A stretch of DNA of 64,000 bases, filler included, from Gonapodya sp. JEL0774 (Eukaryota): the NCBI GenBank assembly GCA_027604505.1. It is 18 parts of 18 records of this genome, joined end to end, with 100 filler letters (N's around TTAATTAATTAA, not from the genome) between each part and the next. Parts side by side here need not be neighbours in the genome. Positions count along the whole stretch, not along the records: positions 46,649 to 50,111 come from JADIIX010001278.1; positions 50,212 to 53,670 come from JADIIX010001279.1; positions 53,771 to 57,228 come from JADIIX010001280.1; positions 57,329 to 60,782 come from JADIIX010001281.1; positions 60,883 to 64,000 come from JADIIX010001456.1; 13 more parts are not named here. One strand, given 5' to 3'. The notes under the pieces were generated by a model, which was not told where the DNA came from, did not search any database, and worked only from the letters and a program-made list of their open reading frames with translations. Positions 48,914-61,424 of this stretch are shown one piece after another. Numbering within the stretch: the first letter of the stretch is position 1; each line of letters opens with the position of its first letter. A program made the position numbers and the translations under genes.

Positions 48914-50222
48914 CGAATGCAATCTGGACACGAAACGGACAGCGAAGGAAAGAGCGAACTGAAAGGAGCGTGATGACTAGATGTGATCTGCATATTTCCA
49001 AACGGCGACGGAGCAGGTTGTGGGCAGAAGAGATCGGTGGGACAATGAATTCAATTCAGAGCGAGTTTAGAATCAAGCGATTGTGGTGTGATGGAATCGC
49101 AAAAGACGGATATGCGTGAAATGAATGAGCTGAGATGGTAGAGATCAAGGTTCCGTTTCACTCACAGCTTTCCGGAGCTCCGCCGTGAACGTTGGCTCGA
49201 GAATAAGAACTGTGATATTTCCATTTCCAAATTTCATTCAGTTCTTGAGTTTGCTGCTTAGTCGATTGTCTCCTTTCTTTCCTAAATTGGAACAGGGGCG
49301 GCGAAGTTCCCCTCAGTGATCTCATTCCAAGTTCCCACCAACCCTCGAATTTATGCACATGTGGCTTGTTGTTCTGGACCGTTGTTCCATGCCAGTATAT
49401 AACTAACTTATACGATCCACATTATTCTAATAGGGCAACACAAAGGTCGCGAAAGACAGCAAAACGCAGCTGATTCAATAAAACTAACTCGCAATATGAT
49501 TAGAGCTTCCCCTGTGGGCATGCGTGAAGTCCCCTGAACTCATCTAGGGGAGTCCAAATGGATGGGCATTCCGTCGAGAGTCAAATCAGCCATCAAGAAA
49601 GTCATATCCACCATGTCCACCATGTCCCCACGAAAATTTTTCTGGTCGTTGTCGATCTCCAAATCCACTCGGGTCTCTCGAGTTCTCGCGCGATAACCTC
49701 AGTCAACAAAAAGTCCACAAATCCCACCTCCACGTCTCTTCTGCTCTCCACCTCCCGACCCAATGTCTCCTCCACCGGCTACTCCTCCTCAGGCTCGACC
49801 AACCCGCTCAAGCTTCTCAAATGACGACTCCTTCTGCCCGTCCCTCCTGGTTCCAGCTGACTCAACGAGGTGCTCGAGGGGGTGGGAGAACCCGGCACGC
49901 TTTTTGGTGTGGGGGAGGGGGCGTGAAGGACGGTTGAGGTTTCAGGATGGGGTGGTTGCTTGATATGGTCCACACCAGTGTCCACCTGCCCCCTTCCCAC
50001 AGCAACATCTTCCATCTCAACGTTACCCTCCACGGCTACCACGTTTTGCTTGGCTAGTTTGTCAACCACGGCAGCAAAATCAAGCGTTCTTTCGTCACCA
50101 TCGGAGTGTTCNNNNNNNNNNNNNNNNNNNNNNNNNNNNNNNNNNNNNNNNNNNNTTAATTAATTAANNNNNNNNNNNNNNNNNNNNNNNNNNNNNNNNN
50201 NNNNNNNNNNNTTGTCGGCGAA

Positions 50223-51896
50223 TCACTTCGCGATGTAGCCACCTGAAACAGTTACACAAAAGTCCGAGAAATCCTATTTTGGTGTACCCAATAAAGAGAT
50301 GCGAACATACCATCTACCACCACCTCAGATCCGGTCATAAAAGACGACTCGTTTGATCTGAAAGTAACCGATGCATGTAAGATTTCCCTGCCTTCATCAC
50401 ACACACACGGTTGGAATGGATGTATCCAGATACTCACGCCAGAAATAGCACAGCGTTCGCAACGTCTAATGGCGTCCCGGCTCGACCGATGGGAGTTTGC
50501 TTCGATGCTATCGCCACGGTGGCTCGCTTGTACGCGGCAAAAGACTTCAAAGTGGACGGTTGGTTTTATGGGATTCGTGTGGTGCTTTTGCTCGATGTGG
50601 GCAGTCACCTGAGTACCAAAAACGTCCATCTTATCATCCGAAACATCGATCAAGCCGGGGTGCACTGTATTCACTCGAACTAGTCGTAGCCGGGCGAGGG
50701 AGGAGAGATGAAAGTTGTCACAGGGCTGTCGAGATAAGGCTGTGGTGTAGGCTGAAGTACTCACTGTTCATATCATTCTGGGCGCACTGTTGAGCATGAA
50801 AGTGTCTAAGAATTGGGTAACATCAAGAGAAATTCGTGGTGCAAATTTACGTACGTGCAAAGCGACAGATTTAGTGAAGAGGCGGACCGCGCCTTCCAGT
50901 GTGTCGAGTGGGGTTAGTATCAAAGAGGCCCACAACGATAACGCCAGGCAAGATGCTAACCTTTTGTTGCTGAATCTTGTGGTAAAAGAAGACAAGATGA
51001 GGATTTATAGTGCACGACACATCGGCACAACGCTTAATCATAAACTCACAGCATGGAACGGAGGCCATCCCAACAATCCCTGTTATCGAGCTCATATTGA
51101 TGATACTACGCGACTCCGAAGACTGGGTCTTTTTCATTAGTTTGACACCCTCTCGTGTACCGAGGAAAACGCCGTCTGTATAAATGGAAAGATTAAAGAG
51201 CGCTTACTCGAGCCCAATAGGTGGCTCCAATTGGCCGAACACTCACCGACATTCACTCGGAAATGATTCTGCCAGTACTCTAGACTTTGTTCCTCAAGGG
51301 CGGGTTCGGGGAGGGAGTAAATTCCTTTGTCGTCATGCAAATAGATTCCGACACACGAAATGCCGAGCGGAGGCTGAATGAATATTGACCACCACGTGGA
51401 TCGAGCTAAAAATTGAGAATTCGTCTTACCGGCATTGTTTACGAGCACATCGAGTCCACCGTACTTGTCCTCAACGTGCTTCAGCACTCGGGACCAATCT
51501 TCTTCCTTTGACACGTCCATCTCCAAGTACTCGATCTCAGACTCGACACCAACAAAAGTCTCAAATCGGGTGCGGGCAGTAGGAAGATCCCCTACGATAA
51601 CACGCGCGCCATGTCGAGAGAGTTCGACTGCAGTAGCTCGACCCTGAAGCGATACAGATCTCACTGAACTGCCGGGACTAGCTATACCGTTTAATCACTA
51701 GGCCCCGTTCAAAGGAGCATACTTACGATTCCTGAAGCACCACCAGTCTTTTGAAGGGTAGGGAGCGGTGATTGTTTCAGAACGGCTTCATTGCAACATA
51801 TATGCATGGTGGGTCCAATGCTGCGAAGAACCGCCTCACCACGAAAGCAACCCTCGGAGATCCATCTTGCTTCACGAGCCGCTGTCGAGATATCAT
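50223..51896 (-). CDS. Classical short-chain dehydrogenase/reductase, complete, many exons
   Basis: VAFV|TGGASGI|GRATA, LDVLVNNAG, SIINMSS, YSATK|GAVRLFTKSVALH, VRVNTVHPGLID, SSFMTGSEVVVDG|GYIAK*. Confidence 0.92.
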
Positions 51897-53074
51897 ATCG
51901 TTTCGCTGAAGAACGTGTGGTGGCAATGCTCTCCCATGGGGCAGGCCCCTTCAATATACACAATATATATGTATGCAAAACAAAATACATATCGATATTC
52001 CCCGCCTCCTGTGACACAAATCAAGGCGTTACAACTGGGATAATCTATCTATAACTATACGGGTCACTTCTCTTGAACCTCCGCCAAAGGTGTGAGTCTG
52101 CGGGGGATCAGGTAGATTAAGTGGCGGGCGGGTGGGTTAACCTTGAGTGCCGGCAAAGTTGCATATCAAAAAGATCCACATGCAAAATCGCGAAAGCCTC
52201 CGTACCGAAAGCTCTGGTGCGACAATTAGATCAGATCTGCGGCAGGGAGTGAACTGGACAAGTGATTTTGAAGTTTCTCGTTGCAACCGGGATCTGCATG
52301 ACATGGCCTGCTACAGGATGATTTCACCTTGTAACCTGTCTTTTATTGGCTTGTTTTGAGCTCCTTTGGTGGAAATTGCAATGGCAAAACAACTTGTGAA
52401 AGATTTTAAACGGAAAGGAGTCCGCAGGCTCAGCTATATGCATAATAGTTGCCCATTGTACCATCTATCTAACATTTTGGATATTTCGTGTATGGATGTT
52501 AGGGATATTTTATGTATGAGACTACACAACAGGTCTCAGTGGAACAGGCGTCACTACTACACTCACGCACACTCCCAGCGATGAGCGTGCACAGAATCGC
52601 TGCTGTACCATTGGCATTTGTAACTTTCCAATGTTGGTTGATTCCCATTTTTCGGGGGCCACGGTGCAGAAAGGTTCAACAGGATGAGGCACTCGATCCC
52701 AAGGAATCCAACCACGGGAGAACTCTCATAAAATAGTCGTACAATCACCGTCGCGGTGAGAGCCAGTGTGTATTTTTCTCTCGCCCGCTCAGTTTCGTCG
52801 TCATGGTTATTGTTGTTGTTGTGACACCTGAGATGTAGTAAGTGACCGAGAGATAGGACGGAACCCTAAGGCAGAGCCTAGTCTGATGTTTTGCTCCACA
52901 TCAGAACTTCTCTGGCTCGTCCTTTAGGATGTCGGTCGCCATCAATCACCCATTAAAAAGCTCTGCAAACTTGACTGCTCAACATCTTTTGAAGCTTTCG
53001 AGGCTTGCAGAACTCCCAAACCCAACGGACAGACCCCAGAGCCCTTTGAACCTTCCCGAATCTCGGTCTTCGCA

Positions 53075-53670
53075 ATGGCAGGAGGAGCAATCGCAGCAGG
53101 TGGAAGTGGAGGTGGAAACCCTCTCACTCAAGGCTTTATCACGCGACGATATCGTAAGTTCGGTCTGAGCTGGTGCTGGGAATCGACCGTTACTCTTGTA
53201 CTCACAGACAATCGATCCCGATTCCATTTCTGCCATCCCCAGTATGGGCTTACATTCTTGTAACTTCTCTCTTCTTCCTCTGGGGCTTCGCATACGGTCT
53301 TCTCGATGTCCTCAACAAGCACTTCCAGAACGTGCTGGGTATCTCTAAAATCCAATCCACTGGTCTTCAGGTCGCTTACTTTGGTGTCGGTTACTTCCTG
53401 TGAGTCTTGCTATCCGCGTTTTAACTTTTTCGAGACGATTACTATCTGTAGCTCACTTATCAACGTACATCCCCCCATTCGCCGCAGCTTCTCTCCCGTC
53501 GCTGGTGAAGTCCTCCGCCGAAAGGGGTACAAGGTGGCAATCATCATGGGGCTCACGCTCTACTCCGTTGGTGCTATCTTTTTCTGGCCCGTCGCGAAGT
53601 TCTCTGTGGACACTACCAGCCCTTCGAGCATTTTTGTTGGCTTCGTGATCTGCACGGCCGTCATCGCATG
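53075..53670 (+). CDS. MFS L-fucose/glucose-galactose permease (FucP-like), 5' part
   Basis: LVTSLFFLWGFAYGLLDVLNKHFQ...LQVAYFG..Y, RRKGYKVAIIMGLTLYSVGAIFFWP. Confidence 0.9.
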
Positions 53671-54518
53671 NNNNNNNNNNNNNNNNNNNNNNNNNNNNNN
53701 NNNNNNNNNNNNNNTTAATTAATTAANNNNNNNNNNNNNNNNNNNNNNNNNNNNNNNNNNNNNNNNNNNNCGATTCAAACTTCCAATATTGCTTTATCTG
53801 ACACCAACCATGACGTCTCATCAATCGTAGTCGCTCATCAACCTCGTGCCAATTTACATGAGACCTCCATGTGAGTGGAGCGGTCATCTCAATATATTAG
53901 TCTTTTTATAGTGAAAATTCTCGTCCACAACTTCCACAGATGGAGAACTCAACTCGAGTTGGGTGGCTCAGCTGGGCGCCGTGGGTTATTCCTCGGTCGT
54001 CAACTGGAACATGTCAGTGTAGTGGGAGCTGCATGCCATGATTCTCGATCGTAACGATCCCTGCAATTTGTAGAGATTCCCATGACGACGAGTGCCAAGA
54101 CACTACTTGCTCCTCGTACGCTGTTACCCAAGCGCTCCTTACCCAAAAACCATCGTGGGCCAGTTTTATTGTGCTGCATAGGGACACTATCAGTGAGTGT
54201 CTGTGAGGACTGAATGAGTTCAAAAATAGTCCGAGACTGAAACATTATCCGTTGTGTTGCATTCGTGGCAAATTTATAGGCGCCACCGTGAACGGTGGCT
54301 GGCAAGCATCTGTCACGGCTCTTCAAAAAGCTGGATTCACAAAATTCGTGACGGTACACGAGTGTATTACCGGCAGCGCTAATCTGACTGAGGCGTACAC
54401 ACCGTAACGGGTGGTTTAGAAGTGACAAATCATAGGATGGAGCTGATCGTGGTGTCATTGTACTGATATTATAGAGAAAAGTGGAAACTGTAAAGGTAGA
54501 AAGAAAAAGAAGTGGTAA

Positions 54519-56693
54519 ATGACAAACTCGAAGACACTGATGCTGTGGCGAAGAACAGTGTTGCCCAACTCCTCAATGATGGAGCACGAAAACCAGAAAG
54601 CACCTATGGCGCGCAGCTCTCGCTCATCGTCAATTTCTATACAGATGTCAGCAGATCTCACCTGGGATGTCTCATCCACCTGCACTACCTCCTCCGTGAC
54701 GACCAAGAAACAGCAAGGTCGCCGGTTAGAGCTAATCAAACATGCGACAAAGGATCTGGACCGGCTATCGGGGTGCAACTGTCCTGGAGAACTAAGCAAG
54801 GGTGTGTCACGAATTCTTGCGGGAGTTTCTGGTAAGTGAGAGTGCATGTACGGATGGCGTCATCAAGAATGCTGATGACGTGCACGATCCCTTTGTTTCG
54901 GCAGTTGCCATTCTCGCCGGTGCACTTGCAGTAATCCTCACATTGACGTTTAAGGCTCAAAGCTCAAGTATATCTCAGACTGAGACGACTGACAATGTGA
55001 ACATCCAGGATGTCCCGCGATCAGCACCCACCGGCACACAATCAGGACAGATACTGATTTCAAAGTCCACTGCATCGCAGTCGAACGATCCCAGTACAAT
55101 CACGTCGAAATTCATCAGCACTCCCTCTACAAGTCCGGATCTCGAGGTTCCCAGTATTGTTACGATGTCACAACCTTCAACCCAGACTTTAAGGTGTGGT
55201 CCAATGCAACCCTCTTGGAGTGAGTTCAATGGTTCTCATTTTGATTGAGTCGTAATTGTAACACGTCGTTTGACATTTGAAGACTTGAGCGTCTACCCTC
55301 AGATCAGTCGTTGCCCGGAACCTGGTGTACTCCCAGAAGCTGCATGTTGTGGTGCCGAAGGACGGTGAGAGCTGGGGACGATCTCTTCTTCATACCGCCA
55401 GTTCGACTGACCTATATTGTTGCAAAATTTAAGGTGCGGTTCCGGCCCGATCTGCGGCAAGGGGTGTCAATTGGATTACGGAGAATGCGGTGGAACCAGT
55501 GCAGATTACCAGCGATCGTCACAGAGAATCGCACACAACGCTACACTTGTCAGTGATACCGAAACTGGTGGAGTGAAACACGCTTGCGTTGAAGCAGGAG
55601 CGGTGAGCGACAGTCCACCGTATTCAAACGGTACCTGTGATCATACACATTTTGCATCACCGCCCTTCTCGATTTCTCGTGGCCGTCAAGGTTGCGCTCA
55701 CTTTTGACGATGGACCGTTTATCTATACGGAGGGAATCCTTGATCAGCTCAAAATCATCGGTGCTCGCGCCACGTTTTTTGTCGTGAGATTCGTTGCGAT
55801 CCCACTGATCGTTTGTGTTTCTGGCTGCGTTTGATGATTTCTTAGAATTCTGCCGTTGATATTGCAGAACGGTCAGAACTGGGACAGTATTTATCACTAC
55901 AACTCCACCAGTGCGTTCATTGAATCATGCTCTGAGCTTACCCTCAACTGATCTCAAGTTTTTGATCTAAATGAGCCAGTCCAACGCATGCTCGCAGAAG
56001 GTCATCAGATCGGCTGTCACACTTGGTCTCATTCAAACCTGTCGGACTTCAACAAAGTTGCCAGTTTTGCTGACATGGATTCAAAGGAACTCCTGCCGCT
56101 TGAGCAGGCTTTGAAAGCGATCACAGGCAAAGTTCCAATCTACATGAGGCCACCGTGTGGGTGACAATTAGACCTCGTGAGAAAATGAGTTTTTGGGTTG
56201 ACACGGGTTGACTCCGCCCCCATTTTCGCAGTCGGCGAGTTCCCAAGTACTTATCTTGCTTTGATGGGTATGATCGGATACCAATTCGTTGTTGACTGGA
56301 ACCTGTGAGTGCTCAATAGCAGGGAAAGCAACATTGGTTCTCTTAATGCTCGCAATATCTCTTGAGTAGGGACACCGGAGATTCGAGCGGATCCTGTTTC
56401 GACGCATCGTGTTTCACTTCATCCACAAGAGATGCACTTTCTAAGAATCTACCCAGCGTATCAAGCTTCATTGTTTTGGCCCATGACCCTCTACGTAAGT
56501 ACCCCGTCTCGGCCTCCATAAAGTGTGGAAGCACCGCCGTCATATAAAACACTGACATCCACACTCAGTTATAACATTGAGATTCTGGAACGAAACTGCT
56601 TCCCTCTTTCGAGCGGCGGGATTTACAAAGTTCGTCACAGTGCACGAGTGCTTGACTGGAGGGAAAGTCTTGGATGACGCATATACCCCGTAA
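54519..56693 (+). CDS. CE4 chitin/polysaccharide deacetylase with CBM18 module and N-terminal TM anchor
   Basis: Hevein-like CGP..CP..CCGAEG.CGSGPICGKGCQLDYGEC. CE4 motifs VALTFDDGP, ATFFV, GHQIGCHTWSH, YMRPP, DTGD, IVLAHD, FVTVHECL. Confidence 0.88.
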
Positions 56694-57496
56694 AATACCG
56701 TAAAATACGTATGCGACCTTCTTTAGTTGGGCTTGGAAATTAACAAGGTGCTTACGAGGCTGGGTATCGTGGACCCAATGAATTGCTTGTAAGGCATTCT
56801 GCCGTAATTGAACCGGGTACGATCAGCCTTGGCTGTTGTACCTTCCTAGGGGAAAATGTGGAGCTCTGAAACTCGCGATGGCGCCACGGCAATTTATACT
56901 TGCGACCAATGTAGGTGATCGAAGTTTGGACGGAGGCTCATATCGGCAACGGACCTTGATGTGCAACTTTCAGCACAACATGCGTCAGAGGTGCTCACCA
57001 AAGGATACGCTGAGCTGCCACTTTTATGCAACGCTGAGCTTGTTGCGAGTGGCGATCTTATCCTCGAGCATGGGGAGGTGGTTGACAACCTGCCTTAGTT
57101 TACCTGCTGAACGTCCGGGTATGTTGACTCTGCTCCTGTCTCTACTACCCTCTTTCTCTCCATTTCAGTTGTATCTCCGCTCTCGTGGTCTCAAATCGCC
57201 ATCTCGTTGACCATTACCTTCGCGACCTNNNNNNNNNNNNNNNNNNNNNNNNNNNNNNNNNNNNNNNNNNNNTTAATTAATTAANNNNNNNNNNNNNNNN
57301 NNNNNNNNNNNNNNNNNNNNNNNNNNNNCCCCAAGTGTGTGCACCAAGTTACCCACGTTCCCTAGTGTAGCTCACTAACCAATAACGCTACAACAAAACT
57401 GTAAATGACAAACTTGTAGAGAATTTTACGACGAGTAATTTTGCTCCATTCATTATCCCAGAATTCCAACTCCCCGTGGCGCTAGAGCCATCCGAA

Positions 57497-58300
57497 ATGT
57501 CAAACCACCCATATCTCAACAGAACCTTCTACAGGACACCTTGGAATGCAGCATGACGCAGCAACTCGTGATGGTTATGTTTTTTTTGGGACATGGCGTT
57601 GGTATGAGGGCTGTACGTTTGCGGTTCCCACACTTGTTATCAACGGTTTCTGCATACATCAGGGCAGGAATCAGAGCAATATGTGCACTTGCACCAGACT
57701 ACATCATTCAGCCAACAGCTCCCAGTGCTTGTCCAGGTTGGATCATAAAGAATGGATGATTTCATCCGTATATTTGGGACTGTGTGGGAGCTTTGGACAG
57801 CACACACATTTGCGCTTTCATGAAGGCAGGGGACACACAGGTTCCATATAGGAATCGTAAGGGAACACTGACACATAAAACTCTTGCTGCTTTGTAACAT
57901 GGACAGGTGTTATGTATTCGTTTATCCAGGGTACAAAGGTTGTTCCCAAAACGGAACAGTGCTAGACAATGCACTGGAGCGTGGGGGACTGATAGTTCCC
58001 TCTGGACGATTCTATCTTGTGGATGCAGGATACTCAAATACAATGGAGTTCCGGGGTCTCTACAAGAATGGTTCTCTGTACCACCTCAAGGAATGGCATA
58101 ATCAGGATAAACGGTACGTTACACATGCACGCTTTTACTAGTGGTGCCGAGGCAACTCTCATGATGCTACAACATGCCTGAAAACTATCGCAAGCTATAC
58201 GACTTATGTCACTCCTTGGACCCCAATGTAATTGAACGATACCCAAGAATGTTAGAAGTCGCAACATAAGCGACTGGATCACTTGGATTATGCACCGACA
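57497..58300 (+). mobile_element. Decayed PIF/Harbinger DDE transposase
   Basis: FHPYIWDCVGALDSTHI, YRNRKG, FVYPGYKGC, GRFYLVDAGY, YHLKEW. In-frame TGA at 57757 and a frameshift near 57880. Boundaries approximate. Confidence 0.88.
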
Positions 58301-58896
58301 CAATCTTTGGAGACCAACTCCATTGGGAACACATCACCCAATGGACTTTAGGACTTACGGGAAGATAACTGACGGGGAGATTAGAAATAGACTGAGGGAT
58401 ATAAAAGCTGAGAAAACCTCATATGTATTCGGTGACTTTACAATCAAAGATCTACTCTAAGGGTGAACCTCTGCCCGACTTCGTCCAGTCAACTACCATT
58501 GCAGGAACTCGCGATAACAAAGAACAGCACACAGGCTCTGGACAAAGGAACCTGGTTTCACCTATTTCAAGATCAAGTTTGAGCTGTTGTTGCATGCTTT
58601 GTCATCCATAACTTCATCCACCATCATAGCAATGGTGCAGATGACAACATTGCTCGTGAATTCAACTGACTGAATGTCCTGCCCCACCAACCAGAAGTGA
58701 ATGCGGAGATTCTGGGAGATCTCTGGTGGAGGTATGGAGGGATTGCACGGCAAAGAAGATATGGAACAATTAAATTGTGATCCGGGCAGAGCGTGGGCTT
58801 AGGAATGTGGCCATTATTGACTTGTATCTCTTTGTTACTTGCACTGTATTTCAAGTTACTTAATGACATGTGCTTGAAACATGTTACTACTGTGTC

Positions 58897-59950
58897 TCAA
58901 TAACTCATTGTGAACCTCCTGGATGTGCTGGGCCATCCAAACTCGCTGACCCGTGGCACTCCCCATTCCAATAAAAATACCCACCAACGTACTATTGTCC
59001 ACAAACCAAGCTGCAAGGTCTGCACGCTCTGCATCTGTGAAACCATCCTCCGCCGCAATGCGCAGGGACCTCTCAACAAGATTATTGCCATTTCCGCCTG
59101 TCCCATTAACCCCGGCACCAACGCATCCGCCAACTTTTCAAATCCAGCAATTTCCACTGGTGCGGATGGATCTGGGGTCAAAGACTGTCTTGGGTGTTTC
59201 CTTGTGGTTGGAACAGGGGTATAGGAGCATCCAGTTGTGGCGATACAAGTGATTGCCGAGCTGGATTGGTGTTGGTGGAAGAGTGGCTAATATCCTCAGA
59301 GTCACAGCATACTGGGGTGATAGCACGTGTTGCTGCCACTGCAGGAGGTGCCTCACTAGTGTCGCTACCACCTGACAGATTTGCGTGCATATTGAAAGAC
59401 ACCAAACCAGACAGCAAGTTGCTGAAACTCACCTTCATCTTTGTCGCCAGTATCCTTGTCTGTTTCCTGAGGGTAGTTTTGGCAGTACTCAACCAAATCC
59501 TTGTTCTCCTTCTGTTGGAACTCCAAACTTGTCTTTTCTCACACAACACACACACTACATGGGAAAATGGGCTGTTTACATGTACTTTGACCTGCTGTGC
59601 CACACAGGCCACAGTGATGACTCATCCAGCCACTTCCCCAAATCCAACGCATACAAATTATTGTGTCACCAATGGTATGTCACCCGAGACTTCACACCTT
59701 CAGATCTGTTGCATTCTGAGCATGTGCCCCAGTCGCTGCAAATGACCCAAAGAGGCCGTCTGCTTCGCTAATAGAGGCCACCCATTCTCACGGAATACTT
59801 GGGTGCTTTTATTGTGCTGCAGTGGGGGTGACGTTGCTGGTGAATAGAATCACCACCACCGTGAACTGCAAACTCACCTCAGCAAACTCTTGCCATGGTT
59901 CTGGTGTCATCGTCACTCTTGGTGGTGGTCCTGGGCTGTATCTGACACCG
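58897..59950 (-). mobile_element. Probable decayed Harbinger ORF2 (Myb/SANT-like partner), convergent with the transposase
   Basis: Remnants PEPWQEFAE..KHP and GLFGSFAATGAHA resemble the C-terminal part of Harbinger Myb/SANT-like proteins. Multiple stops; same contig as the transposase. Confidence 0.5.
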
Positions 59951-60211
59951 CTTTGCTCCAGTGTTGGACATATACAATGTTGTTTTGTGTGTACTGTACT
60001 ATGTATTTGTAGATAGAACGCCGCACGTAGATGAGTGCGCTGGCGTATAATATACTAAGTTGCCCACATGATACATTTCCATTATTTTGAAAGGTTATGC
60101 GTCTGGAGTAACAAGGATTACTCCAAATTGGAATCCAGGAATGGACACTTTGGTCGATTCGACCCTTTTTCTCCCTCTAACCTCCTGCCACAATTTCACC
60201 TTCCATCCGCC

Positions 60212-60782
60212 ATGACAGCCACCAAAATCAAATCTTTGGACCTCTTGAAGGCTCTGAAGGTCAACATGCCGGCTAATGCTGGAATTGCAGAGTACAAACG
60301 GTGGAAGGGTGAGACAGAGTTGGCGTTGGGCTTCTTCAAACTGGAGGACCACGTATTGGCCACAAATTGCCCTCGGCGCAAATTGTGGACATTATAAAAC
60401 TGCCATCGGATGCTGGAGAGGCATTGGGCACTGGGGGATTGTCTTCTCAAGATGCTGTGGGGCCAGTGACATATGGCCCGCCAAGGAATCCACACCGAGA
60501 ATCAACAAAGCATTCCGAATCGCCCTCCTTCCTACAATTGACAAAACAATTCGAGACAGGATGGACACTATAGTGAAAAACGAGACAGGAATGGATGGAG
60601 AAAACGTACATGGTCGTGAGTGTAGCAGCAAAACAGAACGCAATGAAGGAATGGCAGCACGTGATGGCAACTGGAAAGACCACGGACAAATACAACAATG
60701 AGTTCTGTCAAGTTTGGTTGTTCTCAGGAATATAAAGAGTGTGGGAAAAGGCTTGTATGTCAATCTGGGTGTGGTGAAGGGC
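60212..60782 (+). mobile_element. Possible Ty1/Copia gag N-terminal remnant
   Basis: EYKRWKGETELALGFFKLEDHVLATNCP resembles the Y..W...M...L....L...V gag start. Broken by frameshifts. Confidence 0.35.
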
Positions 60783-60882
60783 NNNNNNNNNNNNNNNNNN
60801 NNNNNNNNNNNNNNNNNNNNNNNNNNTTAATTAATTAANNNNNNNNNNNNNNNNNNNNNNNNNNNNNNNNNNNNNNNNNNNN

Positions 60883-61140
60883 TTTGTACACACTGAGCCG
60901 ACGTAGCACGCGTAGTGAGCCATCGCGCCGGTTGTTTTGCCCGCGATTCCTGCTCGGGTAGAGATGATCGGAACAGTGCTGATCGGGTACGATCCTGTGA
61001 TTGACACATTGAGATGCTCACCATCTGGTTCGAACTGATAGAAGATGACATCGCCTGGACAAAGATCTGTAACTTTAGTCACGACCTCGAAGTGCCCGGC
61101 CGGTGGTACCTCGTAGGATGGCGTGGATTGGGCGTGAGGA
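60883..61140 (-). CDS. LRAT/NC (permuted NlpC/P60)-like domain fragment
   Basis: DLCPGDVIF ... HYACYVG matches the PGD..H..YVG pattern. The catalytic Cys region is off-contig. Confidence 0.45.
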
Positions 61141-61424
61141 CCTGGAATGAATATGTATATGCCGGAGCGAATTCAAAGGGACCCTCACCCGCATCGCGCA
61201 CTGGATTCGATGAATTTTAAGGAGTAGCTAGCCGCCGCAGGTGCTCTTCGATTGATCAGCACCTGATGGTTTTGGTGATTCGTGATTGGAGGAATATGCA
61301 TGTGAAGCTGATCGCATTATATTGCATGGACTTATTTCGGATTCCGATCCCCAGCAATGGTTTCTGTACGACTAGAGAAAATCCCATGCATGCAGTCCTA
61401 ACCGGTATAAGACTTGTGATCCGT

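Noticed and set aside
3506..60882. Regularly spaced TTAATTAATTAA repeats resembling an array
   Set aside because: They are artificial N-flanked spacers between size-sorted contigs, not CRISPR or a biological repeat. Cross-contig gene clustering is meaningless.
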